Shown piece after piece: positions 54,787-64,000 of a stretch of DNA of 64,000 nt. Every line of letters starts with the position of its first letter. Within the stretch, counting starts at the first letter, position 1. Origin of the DNA: an uncultured Porphyromonadaceae bacterium (GTDB lineage: Bacteria; Bacteroidota; Bacteroidia; Bacteroidales; Muribaculaceae). A program made the translations under genes and the position numbers. The stretch spans positions 408 through 64,407 of the forward strand of contig CAMWKV010000001.1 of NCBI GenBank assembly GCA_947174915.1. Reading direction: 5' to 3'. The notes beneath the pieces are model-generated. The model ran no database searches. It saw only the letters and a list, made by a program, of their open reading frames with translations, and had not been told where the DNA came from.

Positions 54787-54839
54787 ATAACGCTAAATCG
54801 CGCTGTCAACATATCTTTTTGCAGGCGATTTAGCGTTAT
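54787..54839. repeat. Perfect 15-bp inverted repeat with 23-bp spacer in the natB-rpoD intergenic region
   Basis: ATAACGCTAAATCGC (54787-54801) / GCGATTTAGCGTTAT (54825-54839). Confidence 0.75.
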
Positions 54840-54960
54840 CTCTCCCGGGCGGAGCTTTCTTCTCCCCTACCGGCGTCGCCGGTTTCTCTCCATCTGTGCA
54901 AATTTACAGGCTTTTTCGGCCTAAAATTTCCTGAAATTTTCGTATGTCAGAAAATTGTAG

Positions 54961-54968
54961 TACCTTTG
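54961..54968 (+). promoter_or_regulatory. Bacteroidota -7 promoter element of rpoD
   Basis: TACCTTTG, 37 bp upstream of the ATG at 55006. Confidence 0.6.
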
Positions 54969-55005
54969 CACGCTTAATGCACTTCATAACGGTTCCAAAA
55001 TACAT

Positions 55006-55866
55006 ATGAGACAACTAAAAATTACCAAATCGATTACCAACCGCGAAAGCGCATCCCTCGACAAATACCTTCAGGAGATAGGCCGTGAGGAACTCATCTC
55101 CGTAGAAGAAGAGGTCGAACTTGCCCAGCGTATCCGTCAGGGCGATCAGGTAGCGCTTGAGAAACTTACCCGCGCCAATCTTCGATTCGTAGTCTCCGTA
55201 GCAAAGCAGTATCAGAACCAAGGTCTCTCCCTCCCCGACCTTATCAACGAAGGCAACTTCGGCCTCATCAAGGCGGCACGAAAATTCGACGAGACCCGTG
55301 GTTTCAAATTCATTTCATACGCAGTGTGGTGGATTCGTCAGAGCATTCTGCAGGCTCTCGCCGAGCAGAGCCGTATCGTGCGTCTGCCCCTCAACCAGGT
55401 GGGCTCGCTCAACAAAATCGGCAAGGCTCTGAGTAAATTCGAGCAGGAGAACGAGCGTCGTCCCTCGCCTGAAGAACTCGCCGAAGCCCTCGACCTCCCT
55501 GTCGACAAAGTGGCTGACTCCCTCAAGGTGTCGGGCCGTCACATCTCCGTAGACGCGCCCTTCGTCGAAGGCGAGGACAACAGCCTCCTCGACGTACTCA
55601 CCAACGACGACAGCCCCATGGCCGACGCTTCCCTCAACCAGGAGTCACTCTCCAATGAGGTAGAACGCGCCCTGCGCCAGCTCAACGACCGCGAACGCGA
55701 GATTCTCAAGATGTTCTTCGGCATCGGTTGCCAGGAGATGACTCTCGAGGAAATCGGCGCCAAGTTCGACCTCACCCGCGAACGTGTACGACAGATTAAG
55801 GAGAAGGCTATCCGCCGCCTCAAAGGCCAAAAGAGCAAGCTCCTCAAGAGCTACCTCGGCAACTAA
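55006..55866 (+). CDS. rpoD: Primary RNA polymerase sigma factor (Bacteroidota RpoD/SigA, no region 1.1)
   Basis: [47 protein letters not shown]...[12 protein letters not shown]. Confidence 0.95.
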   Translation: MRQLKITKSITNRESASLDKYLQEIGREELISVEEEVELAQRIRQGDQVALEKLTRANLRFVVSVAKQYQNQGLSLPDLINEGNFGLIKAARKFDETRGFKFISYAVWWIRQSILQALAEQSRIVRLPLNQVGSLNKIGKALSKFEQENERRPSPEELAEALDLPVDKVADSLKVSGRHISVDAPFVEGEDNSLLDVLTNDDSPMADASLNQESLSNEVERALRQLNDREREILKMFFGIGCQEMTLEEIGAKFDLTRERVRQIKEKAIRRLKGQKSKLLKSYLGN

Positions 55867-55884
55867 CACATCTCCCTCATACCG

Positions 55885-55919
55885 GCAACGCAGGCACCCA
55901 CATCGGGTGCCTGCGTTGC
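55885..55919. terminator. Strong hairpin between convergent rpoD and DUF4292 genes
   Basis: 15-bp perfect stem GCAACGCAGGCACCC / GGGTGCCTGCGTTGC with a 5-nt loop. Confidence 0.7.
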
Positions 55920-56006
55920 TATATCCACCAACCCCGATATCTGTTAACGCCGGGGCGAGGCGAAGGTAATTTCTCCCACGAACAGTTGAGAATAAGCCCC
56001 CTCCAA

Positions 56007-56708
56007 TCAGAGGGAGCTGAGGAGAGCGAGGACTTTGTCGAGGGTAACACGGGTCATGCCTCGACCTATGGCGGGACGCGTGATAGTCATAGGGCCGTTC
56101 CAGGCTGCGCGATCGAGAGTGTTGCTGATGGTCAGCGCCATAGTCTTGTTCTTGACCTTGGCCTCGACATCTACCGACGGCGACACGGGGCCCACCTCCG
56201 TATCCTTCGGTGCAGCGAAGGTGATGCTAATGGGTGAACCACTACCGCTGAACCGGTCAGGGAGCGCCTTGCGACCGAGCAGTATGTCCTGCATGTCAGC
56301 GAAGCTCATGCCGGAGCGCTTCTGCAACTCAGCCACCGACTCCGAAAAATACAAATCCAGCATCTTCGACACTATCAGCACAGAATCCTTGTCGGCGTAG
56401 AGCGTACCTACTTCCATCAGACCGAGATAGCGGAGCGACATGCTTACAGACTCACCGGCTACCATCTTGAGTGTACCTGAAAGCGAGATATTCTTCGGCG
56501 CTGTCACCTTGACCTTGACGGGCATCTGCACGGAAGTCCATGCGGCATAGGTATCTGCACCCGTCTGACTTGCGACGGCGGAATTATCAACAGGGGCCGT
56601 CATACCGGGCACATAGGTATCGGCTGCCACGGCTTTCTTGCGGCTATGGCATGACGAAAGCATCACCGTGGCAGCTATTGTAGCGTATATCAGATAGTTG
56701 TATTTCAT
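56007..56708 (-). CDS. DUF4292-like lipoprotein
   Basis: Lipobox LSS-C; ISLSGTLKM...SMSLRYLGLMEVG...LQ...MQDILLG; follows dut and the TPR gene. Confidence 0.7.
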   Translation of the reverse strand: MKYNYLIYATIAATVMLSSCHSRKKAVAADTYVPGMTAPVDNSAVASQTGADTYAAWTSVQMPVKVKVTAPKNISLSGTLKMVAGESVSMSLRYLGLMEVGTLYADKDSVLIVSKMLDLYFSESVAELQKRSGMSFADMQDILLGRKALPDRFSGSGSPISITFAAPKDTEVGPVSPSVDVEAKVKNKTMALTISNTLDRAAWNGPMTITRPAIGRGMTRVTLDKVLALLSSL

Positions 56709-56723
56709 TGTCGTTAATTGATG

Positions 56724-58562
56724 TCACTCGAAGAAGTAAGTCTTGTGGAGGATTTTCTTCTTGATTTTTTCGTCGTCGGGAGCAAGAGCAGCAGCCTGCT
56801 TCCAGAATTCGAGTGCCTCGTCGGGTTCGCCATTCATGAAATATATGTCACCGGCGTGATCGTAAATCTCAGCTGTCGGCGTCGGCACATCCACGTCGTC
56901 GGCATCGGGAGCATCCTCTACCACAACGTCTTCGTCGCTCATAATAGTATCTTTTGCTATCACGACATACGCATCGAGGGCGCGGTCGATAAGCTCACGG
57001 GCTTTCTTGTAGTCCTTCTTCTTGAATTCCACCCAGGCGTATGTGTCGAGGAATATCGGATTCTTCGAATCGGCCACGCAGGCTACCATAGCATACATCT
57101 CGGCCTCGTCGAGGTCCACCCCATCAACAGCATTGAAGTAGGCCAGATTGTTCATTGCCATATAGTTCTCGGAGTTGGCCTTGAGGGCGGCACGATAGGC
57201 GACGCGCGCAGAGTCGCCCATACCAAGTTTCCACAACATATCCCCTCGCGATGTATATACCGCCGAGACTGCAACGGGGTTAGGGATGGCGTCGACATTA
57301 ATACTGTTGAGGACGTCGAGTGCTTCGTGGATACTGTCGCGAGTGAATAGTATCTGACCTCGCAGGAAGGCGAATTCAACGGCGTCGGGGAAGCGCGTCA
57401 TGGCTTCGCTGAGAGTGGCATCGCGGCGTAGGCTGTCGCCGACGATGGTGTAGAGGTCGACAAGATTGCTCCAACGGCTGCGGTTCGAGGGGTCGAGTGA
57501 GATGGCATAACTCATCTGCTCGGCGGCAGCTTCGTTGCGGCCTATGGTGTTGAGGTACCCGGCATAGAATTCGTGCAGGCGACTCTCGCCGGGATTAAGT
57601 TCCTCCATGACAGTGAATACGCTGTCGATGCGATGCCACTGCAGGCTGTCCTTATAGAGATTGACAACATAGTCCGAAACGAGGTGGAACTTCTGGTCGA
57701 AGTCGAGGTTGCGGGCTTCGAGGGCTCGGAAGATTTCGGCGTCGTAGGCCGCGCTGTCACCTCGTTCGGCGAAGTATCCGGCTCGGGCGAGGTATGTCAT
57801 GCCGTAGTCCGGGTCGATGTCACGCGCCATGTCGAAGTAGACAAGAGCCGAGTCCGAATGAAGGAATTCCTCGTAGACGGAACCGACGAGCAATAGAGCG
57901 CCGGCATCGGCCGGTGCACCTCGACGGAGCGAATCGGCCTCGGCAATAATACCCAGCGTGTCACCTGCACGGTGAAGGAGGTTGATTTTCTTATAGGTGA
58001 TATTGGCCGAAGTGCCGAGAGAGCGCACAATGTCGGAGTAGAGTGCGAGGGCTCGGACGCGGTCGAGCGAATCACGACTGCGTGCGTAGCGCATGGCGAG
58101 GGCGTCGGCGAGATTCATCTTGATGTCATTACGCCCCGGTACGAGTGAGTGCACCGTCTCCCACACGTTCACCTCATCATCGATACGTGAGTTTTCGCGT
58201 GCCACGGCTGCCATGGTCATGGCGTTCTTGTCGTCGAGGGGATTCGCTTCGAAGCGACGTCGGAGAGCATCGTAGGCCTCCTCGGTGCGCGCCGAGTCGA
58301 TGGTAGGCAGGTAGAGCTCTATCTCGGCCACACGTCCGGCTATGAAGGGGTCGGAGGGATTGAGAGCCTGAGCGTGGCGCAGGAGCATGTAATAGTTGCC
58401 CAGAGCACTGTCGTTGAGCGAGGCAGCTTCGAGGAAGATATACTCCGCCTTGCGTTCGGCAGCCTCCGTGTCGGCTGCAGGACGTCGGGCGACTGCCGTG
58501 AGGCAGATAGCCGCGAGGACCACGAGGAGGGGGAAGAATCGGAGAGAGAACTTTTTCAACAT
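56724..58562 (-). CDS. Tetratricopeptide-repeat protein
   Basis: Signal peptide, multiple TPRs, AMNNLAYF, FLDTYAWVEFK, IYDHAGDIYF...ALEFWKQA. Confidence 0.85.
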   Translation of the reverse strand: MLKKFSLRFFPLLVVLAAICLTAVARRPAADTEAAERKAEYIFLEAASLNDSALGNYYMLLRHAQALNPSDPFIAGRVAEIELYLPTIDSARTEEAYDALRRRFEANPLDDKNAMTMAAVARENSRIDDEVNVWETVHSLVPGRNDIKMNLADALAMRYARSRDSLDRVRALALYSDIVRSLGTSANITYKKINLLHRAGDTLGIIAEADSLRRGAPADAGALLLVGSVYEEFLHSDSALVYFDMARDIDPDYGMTYLARAGYFAERGDSAAYDAEIFRALEARNLDFDQKFHLVSDYVVNLYKDSLQWHRIDSVFTVMEELNPGESRLHEFYAGYLNTIGRNEAAAEQMSYAISLDPSNRSRWSNLVDLYTIVGDSLRRDATLSEAMTRFPDAVEFAFLRGQILFTRDSIHEALDVLNSINVDAIPNPVAVSAVYTSRGDMLWKLGMGDSARVAYRAALKANSENYMAMNNLAYFNAVDGVDLDEAEMYAMVACVADSKNPIFLDTYAWVEFKKKDYKKARELIDRALDAYVVIAKDTIMSDEDVVVEDAPDADDVDVPTPTAEIYDHAGDIYFMNGEPDEALEFWKQAAALAPDDEKIKKKILHKTYFFE

Positions 58563-58563
58563 A

Positions 58564-58603
58564 ATATACTGTTAGAGTGCGCGATATACTGTTAGAGTGC
58601 GCG
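58564..58603. repeat. Perfect 20-bp tandem duplication filling the dut-TPR intergenic space
   Basis: ATATACTGTTAGAGTGCGCG x2 (58564-58583, 58584-58603). Confidence 0.85.
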
Positions 58604-58606
58604 CCG

Positions 58607-59047
58607 TCACACGCCGGTGTGTCCGAAGCCGCCTTCACCGCGCTCGGTATCATCGAGACTGTCGACGGCAAGCCATTCTATCTGCGGCACCTCCATGGGT
58701 ACCATCTGACAGATACGGTCGCCGGGGGCGATGGTGAAGGGTTCGGAAGAATGGTTGATAAGTATCACGCCTATCTCGCCGCGATAGTCGGCATCGATGG
58801 TGCCGGGCGAATTGAGCAGAGTGATGCCGCTGCGCAGTGCGAGACCGCTGCGGGGACGCATCTGAAGCTCGTAGCCGTCGGGGAGCGCCACACGGAGACC
58901 GGTGGGCACGAGCATGCGTTCTCCCGGCGCGAGGATGACGGGGGCTTCGAGGGCGGCTCGCACGTCGAGGCCGGCAGAACTCGGGGTGGCATACGCCGGC
59001 AGGGGATTGGAGGAGGTATTGGTGATTCTTACAGCAATCTTTTTCAT
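58607..59047 (-). CDS. dut: dUTP diphosphatase
   Basis: [40 protein letters not shown]. Confidence 0.96.
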   Translation of the reverse strand: MKKIAVRITNTSSNPLPAYATPSSAGLDVRAALEAPVILAPGERMLVPTGLRVALPDGYELQMRPRSGLALRSGITLLNSPGTIDADYRGEIGVILINHSSEPFTIAPGDRICQMVPMEVPQIEWLAVDSLDDTERGEGGFGHTGV

Positions 59048-59103
59048 GATGTGTCGGCGCAAATATATCTGTTTCAGCCCGGTATGATGCAGCTGCGGGA
59101 GTA

Positions 59104-59454
59104 TTACACGCTGATGCGTCGGGTGACGCCTCCGGCCTTGAGGATGTAGACGCCGTGGCGCCCGAGGGTGAGGCGCACGGTACCGTGCTCTACACGGCGG
59201 GAGGTGACGAGCTGACCCAGGATGGAGTAGACTTGCACTGTAATGGGCTTGTCGACAGTGATGAACACCACACCGTCGCGGACATTTACTTCGACAGCCT
59301 CGCGGCGCATCTCTACAGCGGCGGTGCCGGATTCATCGGCATCGTTGCTCTGAGCTACATACTCCCACACGGGCGGCTCGGGCGCGGCGGCGTGAATGTG
59401 TGCCGTGCCTGCAAGGGCGAGGAGGATGGCCAGTGCTGTGAGTATGCGTTTCAT
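59104..59454 (-). CDS. Small exported protein consisting mostly of a T9SS-CTD-like domain
   Basis: Signal peptide, short acidic linker, then [11 protein letters not shown]...[16 protein letters not shown]. Confidence 0.65.
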   Translation of the reverse strand: MKRILTALAILLALAGTAHIHAAAPEPPVWEYVAQSNDADESGTAAVEMRREAVEVNVRDGVVFITVDKPITVQVYSILGQLVTSRRVEHGTVRLTLGRHGVYILKAGGVTRRISV

Positions 59455-59469
59455 ATCAGTGATGAGTGA

Positions 59470-59526
59470 TAGTGAGTCTGCTATGTGATGATGAGTGAGC
59501 TATATAATGATGAGTCAGCTATGTGG
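59470..59526. repeat. Degenerate 19-bp tandem repeat x3 overlapping the ansA stop
   Basis: TAGTGAGTCTGCTATGTGA / TGATGAGTGAGCTATATAA / TGATGAGTCAGCTATGTGG. Confidence 0.65.
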
Positions 59527-60576
59527 CGGACAGGTGTGGGGATTCAGGGTGAGTTCGCCGGCGAGCGGCAGCGGCAGACGTCGTGCCACCTCTGCGGCAT
59601 CGAGACCGAGACCGAAGAGGAACATCATCTTGGTGATGGCAGCCTCGAAGGTCATGTCGTGGCCGGACACAACACCTATACCGGCTAATAGGTCACCGCC
59701 CATGTAGCGGTTAGCATGCACGCCACCGTTGACGCACTGGGTGACATTGAGCACCACCACGCCGCGTTTCACAGTCTCGCGAATGGCATCGATGAACCAC
59801 TTCCATGTGGGGCCGTTGCCGGCACCGTAGGTGCGGAGCACTATACCCTTGACGTGCGGGGTATTGAGCATGTGGCGCAGTACCTCATGATTCAGACCGG
59901 GGAAGAGGTCGATGGCCATCACGTTGGTATCCAGGTCGTAGCGCGGCTCAAGAGGAGCCTTATGGTGCAGAGGATAGAGAGCGTCGTGATAGAAATGAAT
60001 ACCCAGACCGATCTTGGCCAGCTCGGGGTAATTGTTGCTCTTGAAAGCATTGAAGTTGTCGGCCGAGCGCTTAGTGGAGCGGTTGCCGCGCCAGAGATAG
60101 TTCTCGAAGAGGATTGCCACCTCGCGTACTGTGGGCGTACCGTCGCTATTGCGTGCGGCGGCAATCTGGAGGGCGGTAATGAGGTTTTCCTCGCCGTCGG
60201 TACGCACCTCGCCGATAGGTAGTTGCGAACCGGTGATGATGACGGGCTTGCTCAGATTGCACAGCATAAAGGAGAGCGCCGAGGCGGTGTAGGCCATGGT
60301 GTCGGTGCCGTGCAGTACTACGAATCCATCGTAGTCGTCGTAGTTCTCGGCAATGCTGCGTGCTATCTGCTGCCAGTGCGAGGGGTCCATGTCCGATGAG
60401 TCGATGGGCGGGTCGAACTGGATGTTGTCTATCTCATAGTCAAGCATTTTCACCTTCGGCACATTCTCCATCAAGTGGGAGAAGTCGAACGGCTTGAGGG
60501 CTTTCGTCTCCGAGTCCTCTATCATGCCGATGGTACCACCGGTGTAAATTATGAGTATTCGCGGGCGTTGATTCAT
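59515..60576 (-). CDS. ansA: Type I (cytoplasmic) L-asparaginase
   Basis: IYTGGTIGM, DSSDM, HGTDTMAYTAS, ITGSQLP, NRSTK. Confidence 0.93.
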   Translation of the reverse strand: MNQRPRILIIYTGGTIGMIEDSETKALKPFDFSHLMENVPKVKMLDYEIDNIQFDPPIDSSDMDPSHWQQIARSIAENYDDYDGFVVLHGTDTMAYTASALSFMLCNLSKPVIITGSQLPIGEVRTDGEENLITALQIAAARNSDGTPTVREVAILFENYLWRGNRSTKRSADNFNAFKSNNYPELAKIGLGIHFYHDALYPLHHKAPLEPRYDLDTNVMAIDLFPGLNHEVLRHMLNTPHVKGIVLRTYGAGNGPTWKWFIDAIRETVKRGVVVLNVTQCVNGGVHANRYMGGDLLAGIGVVSGHDMTFEAAITKMMFLFGLGLDAAEVARRLPLPLAGELTLNPHTCPPHS

Positions 60577-60627
60577 TTTATCTATATACTCATGACAAAC
60601 TCTCTCGTGGGGTTGGGTGGGATTGTC

Positions 60628-62676
60628 CTATAAAACTTGTGCACCGGGAGTGGCCTTGGCCGAAGGTGCCGAAACGATGAGGCTGCCGTCGGCATTCAGC
60701 GCCGATAGAATCATGCCTTGCGATTCTATGCCGCGGATTTTTGCCGGAGCAAGGTTGGCGATGAAGATTACTTGCTTGCCCACAAGCTGCTCGGGGCGGT
60801 AGTGCTCGGCGATACCGCTCACGATGGTGCGGGGCTTGCCGGTGCCGTCGTCGATCTTGAATACGAGGAGCTTGTTGGCTTTCTTGACGCGCTCGCACTC
60901 AAGAACGGTGCCTACGCGGAGATCGAGCTTCTCGAAGGCCTCCATCTCTATGGTGGGCTTGACGGGAGCAGGCTGCCAGGCGTTGACGGCATTGAGGCGC
61001 TTGATTTCCTCAAGGCGATCGGTCTGCGCCTTGATGGCCTCGTCGTCGATTTTTTCGAAGAGGATCTCAAGCTTCTCTATGTGGCGTCCGGCGGGTATGA
61101 TGTCGGCAGATGCGAGGTCATTCCAGGTCATATCCTTGATACCGAGAGCCGCGGCGAGCTTCGCGCTACTGAAGGGCATGAAGGGTTCGGTGGCGATGGC
61201 GATGGAGGCGCATATCTGGAGGCAGATATTGAGCACGGTGGCTACTCGCTCACTGTCGCCGGCTTTCCAGAGCTTCCAGGGCTCACATTCCTGGAGGTAT
61301 TTGTTGCCGAGACGGGCATAGCCCATGGCGTCTTTGAGGGCTTCGCGGAAATGGAAGGTCTCGATATTCTCGGTGAGACTTACCTTGAGGCGCACCATCT
61401 CGTCGAGGGTCTCACGGTCGAGGTCGGTGAGAGCGCCGGCTGCGGGGACGTCGCCGCCGAAGTAGTTGCCGGTGAGGACGAATACACGGTTGACGAAGTT
61501 GCCGAGGATGGCGGCGAGCTCGTTGTTGTTGCGTGCCTGGAAATCAGCCCAGGTGAAGTCGTTGTCCTTGGTCTCGGGGGCGTTGGCAGTGAGGACGTAG
61601 CGGAGGGTGTCCTGCTTGCCGGGGAAGTCATTGAGATACTCGTGGAGCCATACAGCCCAGTTGCGCGAGGTAGATATTTTATCGCCTTCGAGGTTGAGGA
61701 ATTCATTGGCGGGGACATTGTCGGGCAACTGGAAGTTGTCGCCGTAGGCCATGAGCATGGCGGGGAACACGATGCAGTGGAATACGATGTTGTCCTTACC
61801 GATGAAGTTGATGATACGGGTATCGTCGGATTTCCACCACTGCTCCCATGTGTCGGGGAGGAGCTCCTTTGTGTTCGATATATAACCGATGGGAGCGTCG
61901 AACCATACATAGAGCACCTTGCCTTCCGCACCTTCTACGGGCACGGGGACGCCCCATGAGAGGTCGCGGGATACGGCGCGGGGCTGGAGGCCCATGTCGA
62001 GCCAACTCTTGCACTGACCGTAGACGTTGGTCTTCCATTCTTTATGTCCTTCGAGAATCCACTCACGCAGACGGGGCTCCCAGCGGTCGAGGGGGAGATA
62101 CCAGTGGCGTGTGGGACGGAGCTCGGGGGTAGCGCCGCTAATGGTGCTCTTGGGGTTGATGAGGTCGGTGGCGTTGAGGGAGGTCCCGCAGGCTTCGCAC
62201 TGGTCGCCATAAGCCTTGGGGTTGTGGCAGTGGGGACATTCGCCGGTGACGTAGCGGTCGGCGAGGAACTGCTTGGCTTCGGGGTCGTAGAGCTGCTCGC
62301 TGCTCTGCTCGATGAATTGGTCATTGTCGTAGAGGCGACGGAAGAATTCGGACGCCGTGGCACCGTGGATATCCGATGTAGTGCGGGAATATATATCGAA
62401 GGATATGCCCAGACCTTCGAAGGAATCCTTGATGATTTTGTGATAACGGTCGACGATATCCTGAGGAGTAACACCTTCAGCACGAGCCTTCAAGGTGATA
62501 GGCACACCATGTTCGTCGCTACCGCCGATGAGTACTACATCGCGGCCGGCGAGGCGGAGGTATCGAGCATAGATGTCTGCCGGTACATAGACGCCGGCGA
62601 GGTGGCCGATATGAACAGGGCCATTGGTATACGGGAGGGCTGTAGTGATAAGCGTACGCTTATAATCTTTCTTCAT
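60628..62676 (-). CDS. metG: Methionine--tRNA ligase with C-terminal tRNA-binding domain
   Basis: [13 protein letters not shown] (HIGH), CPHC...CEAC zinc knuckle, YVWFDA, KISTS, C-terminal DLRVG...SQGMIL. Confidence 0.97.
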   Translation of the reverse strand: MKKDYKRTLITTALPYTNGPVHIGHLAGVYVPADIYARYLRLAGRDVVLIGGSDEHGVPITLKARAEGVTPQDIVDRYHKIIKDSFEGLGISFDIYSRTTSDIHGATASEFFRRLYDNDQFIEQSSEQLYDPEAKQFLADRYVTGECPHCHNPKAYGDQCEACGTSLNATDLINPKSTISGATPELRPTRHWYLPLDRWEPRLREWILEGHKEWKTNVYGQCKSWLDMGLQPRAVSRDLSWGVPVPVEGAEGKVLYVWFDAPIGYISNTKELLPDTWEQWWKSDDTRIINFIGKDNIVFHCIVFPAMLMAYGDNFQLPDNVPANEFLNLEGDKISTSRNWAVWLHEYLNDFPGKQDTLRYVLTANAPETKDNDFTWADFQARNNNELAAILGNFVNRVFVLTGNYFGGDVPAAGALTDLDRETLDEMVRLKVSLTENIETFHFREALKDAMGYARLGNKYLQECEPWKLWKAGDSERVATVLNICLQICASIAIATEPFMPFSSAKLAAALGIKDMTWNDLASADIIPAGRHIEKLEILFEKIDDEAIKAQTDRLEEIKRLNAVNAWQPAPVKPTIEMEAFEKLDLRVGTVLECERVKKANKLLVFKIDDGTGKPRTIVSGIAEHYRPEQLVGKQVIFIANLAPAKIRGIESQGMILSALNADGSLIVSAPSAKATPGAQVL

Positions 62677-62723
62677 TCCTGGCTGTATTTTTCGAGTAAA
62701 ATATGCCCGAAGGCTTTATCCGA

Positions 62724-62731
62724 CAAAGTTA
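62724..62731 (-). promoter_or_regulatory. Bacteroidota -7 promoter element of metG
   Basis: TAACTTTG on the minus strand, 47 bp upstream of the ATG at 62676. Confidence 0.55.
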
Positions 62732-62808
62732 GCGAAAATTCTCGGAATTCAGCCCTAATATACCGAAAAAATATCTTGAGCAATGAAGCTTCTTATAAAT
62801 CCACCTTT

Positions 62809-63345
62809 TTAGATATGAAAAAGTGCCTGAATCTCATTATTGTTCGCGGCATAAGTTTCCGCTACAAGATAGGCCAGCACTAACTGCAACAAGCGCATCT
62901 CTCCGGTTCCTGCCAATGCTCGAAAAAGACTTTTAAAACGGCTGTCTTTATTGGACATTACATCCTTGGAAACAGAGGTAAACTGCTTCAACTCAACAGG
63001 CAGGCCATAGTCGGCCGGGCTGACACCCGCCGAAGCCGCACACGACAATATAAACCCATCAATCGCAGGATGCACTAAAATAAGATAATGATGACGGGCA
63101 GGATGACGATATATTCCGAGATGCTCGCTATATGCTATTTCATTAAATTCCGCCAGATAGCCCGGACGTCTCTTATCGGCATCAATCATCCCGACAGCAA
63201 AACGGTCGGAGAATTTTTCCTGCATCACTTTTGCCACTTGATTGCAGCCTTTCTGATGATTGCAGCCGCCGAGGCACACCAACGTTTCAACTAAATTGGT
63301 ATCAACGTAGCATTCGGGGATTACAAAGTCCGTGCGTCCTTTCAT
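62809..63345 (-). CDS. Hypothetical protein with TOPRIM-like motifs, partner of the upstream ATPase
   Basis: VIPECYVD (E-x3-D after the first strand), KGC glycine loop, GMIDAD (DxD), HPAIDGFIL. ATG overlaps the ATPase stop (ATGA). Confidence 0.55.
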   Translation of the reverse strand: MKGRTDFVIPECYVDTNLVETLVCLGGCNHQKGCNQVAKVMQEKFSDRFAVGMIDADKRRPGYLAEFNEIAYSEHLGIYRHPARHHYLILVHPAIDGFILSCAASAGVSPADYGLPVELKQFTSVSKDVMSNKDSRFKSLFRALAGTGEMRLLQLVLAYLVAETYAANNNEIQALFHI

Positions 63346-64000
63346 TTGCAGATATATGCTTCGATATTGTAGAACATATCCATGCCATGGTCGTAGGCCG
63401 CCTGAATCTGTTCTTCGGCAAGGCGTCTTACGACAGTTTCATTATCCTCCATATCCACCACATATACAGCCAGTTCGGTTCCGGCGCGCTCAAGCAGCGC
63501 GCTCATTACATAGGGGCTATGCGTTGTAATAAAGAATTGATTAGTATCGGCGTCAAGTATATCGTTGACGACATTTGAGATATACGGCGGAAAGGTATGG
63601 GCCTCGGGCTCTTCGAAGCATAACACTTTATCGTGATTGCTCTCAATAGCCGCTTTATAGAAAATGAGTCGCTGCAAGGAGTCGGCGATGGAACAGAAGG
63701 GCACAAGGAACATGTCCATACCATTCTCTCTCATTGCTTTAATTTCTTGAGAGCCGGTGTCGAACATCATCTTCAATCCATATCCATGAAAAAGCCCGGC
63801 GAGCTTTGTTTTAAGCTCAGGCAGATTCGCCACGGTCTCCATAAGATTCGCGCCGGTCGGTGGCAGGAGATACGGTATATTCGATGATTCGGGCACCCAT
63901 TGCTTAGGAAAAAAATATGTCAGTATCGGTGGATAGAAGGATGGTTCTTTCTTGGTTGTCAGGGTCAAAGAAGAGGAAAACACATATTTTGTCAGCTCTT
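63342..64000 (-). CDS. AAA_15/AAA_21-type ABC ATPase (5'-truncated by the window end)
   Basis: Frame stays open to base 64000. Degenerate signature SIADSLQR, Walker B/D-loop VLCFEEPEAHTFP, H-loop FFITTHSP. Confidence 0.8.
   Translation of the reverse strand, partial: ELTKYVFSSSLTLTTKKEPSFYPPILTYFFPKQWVPESSNIPYLLPPTGANLMETVANLPELKTKLAGLFHGYGLKMMFDTGSQEIKAMRENGMDMFLVPFCSIADSLQRLIFYKAAIESNHDKVLCFEEPEAHTFPPYISNVVNDILDADTNQFFITTHSPYVMSALLERAGTELAVYVVDMEDNETVVRRLAEEQIQAAYDHGMDMFYNIEAYICK

Noticed and set aside
55006-55866. Short RpoD as a truncated pseudogene or alternative sigma
   Set aside because: Bacteroidota primary sigma factors naturally lack region 1.1, and regions 2-4 are intact.

Overview
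This looks like a GC-rich Bacteroidales chromosome segment. The family is probably Muribaculaceae-like, which is an inference from TAnnTTTG -7 promoters, a short RpoD lacking region 1.1 and many short T9SS C-terminal sorting domains. The backbone is housekeeping: ROK glucokinase, 5-FCL, two S41 proteases, dCMP deaminase, HAD phosphatase, TamL/BamA-family protein, a histidine kinase, fadD, hflX, a MacAB-TolC-type exporter, fprA, MATE, tRNA-fMet, a NatAB-like ABC pair, rpoD, dut, ansA and metG. Five accessory or poorly understood modules stand out. (1) An AT-richer four-gene operon at 6.9-15.7 kb encodes an SpvB/TcB-like YD protein, a T9SS-sorted protein, a DUF6443-RHS protein whose tip has an L,D-transpeptidase (YkuD/Tlde1-like) His-Cys motif, and a lipoprotein. 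It resembles a Sec/T9SS-routed, Tc-cocoon-like antibacterial toxin-immunity system. (2) A five-gene envelope operon at 44.7-50.5 kb (TlpA, DUF6029 barrel, Omp28 lipoprotein, two T9SS cargoes) has a cysteine pair in every product, suggesting a trans-outer-membrane thiol relay. (3) An ABC-type ATPase plus small TOPRIM-like protein upstream of metG is a candidate PARIS/OLD-like defence pair, truncated by the window end. (4) A non-SusC outer-membrane receptor with two DUF5689/OB-fold lipoproteins may capture nucleic acid. (5) Two DUF5074/BtuG-like genes end in T9SS-type tails. Non-coding oddities include a perfect GTAG-type REP doublet and several short tandem duplications at gene ends. All family assignments come from motif recognition by eye; no database search was run.
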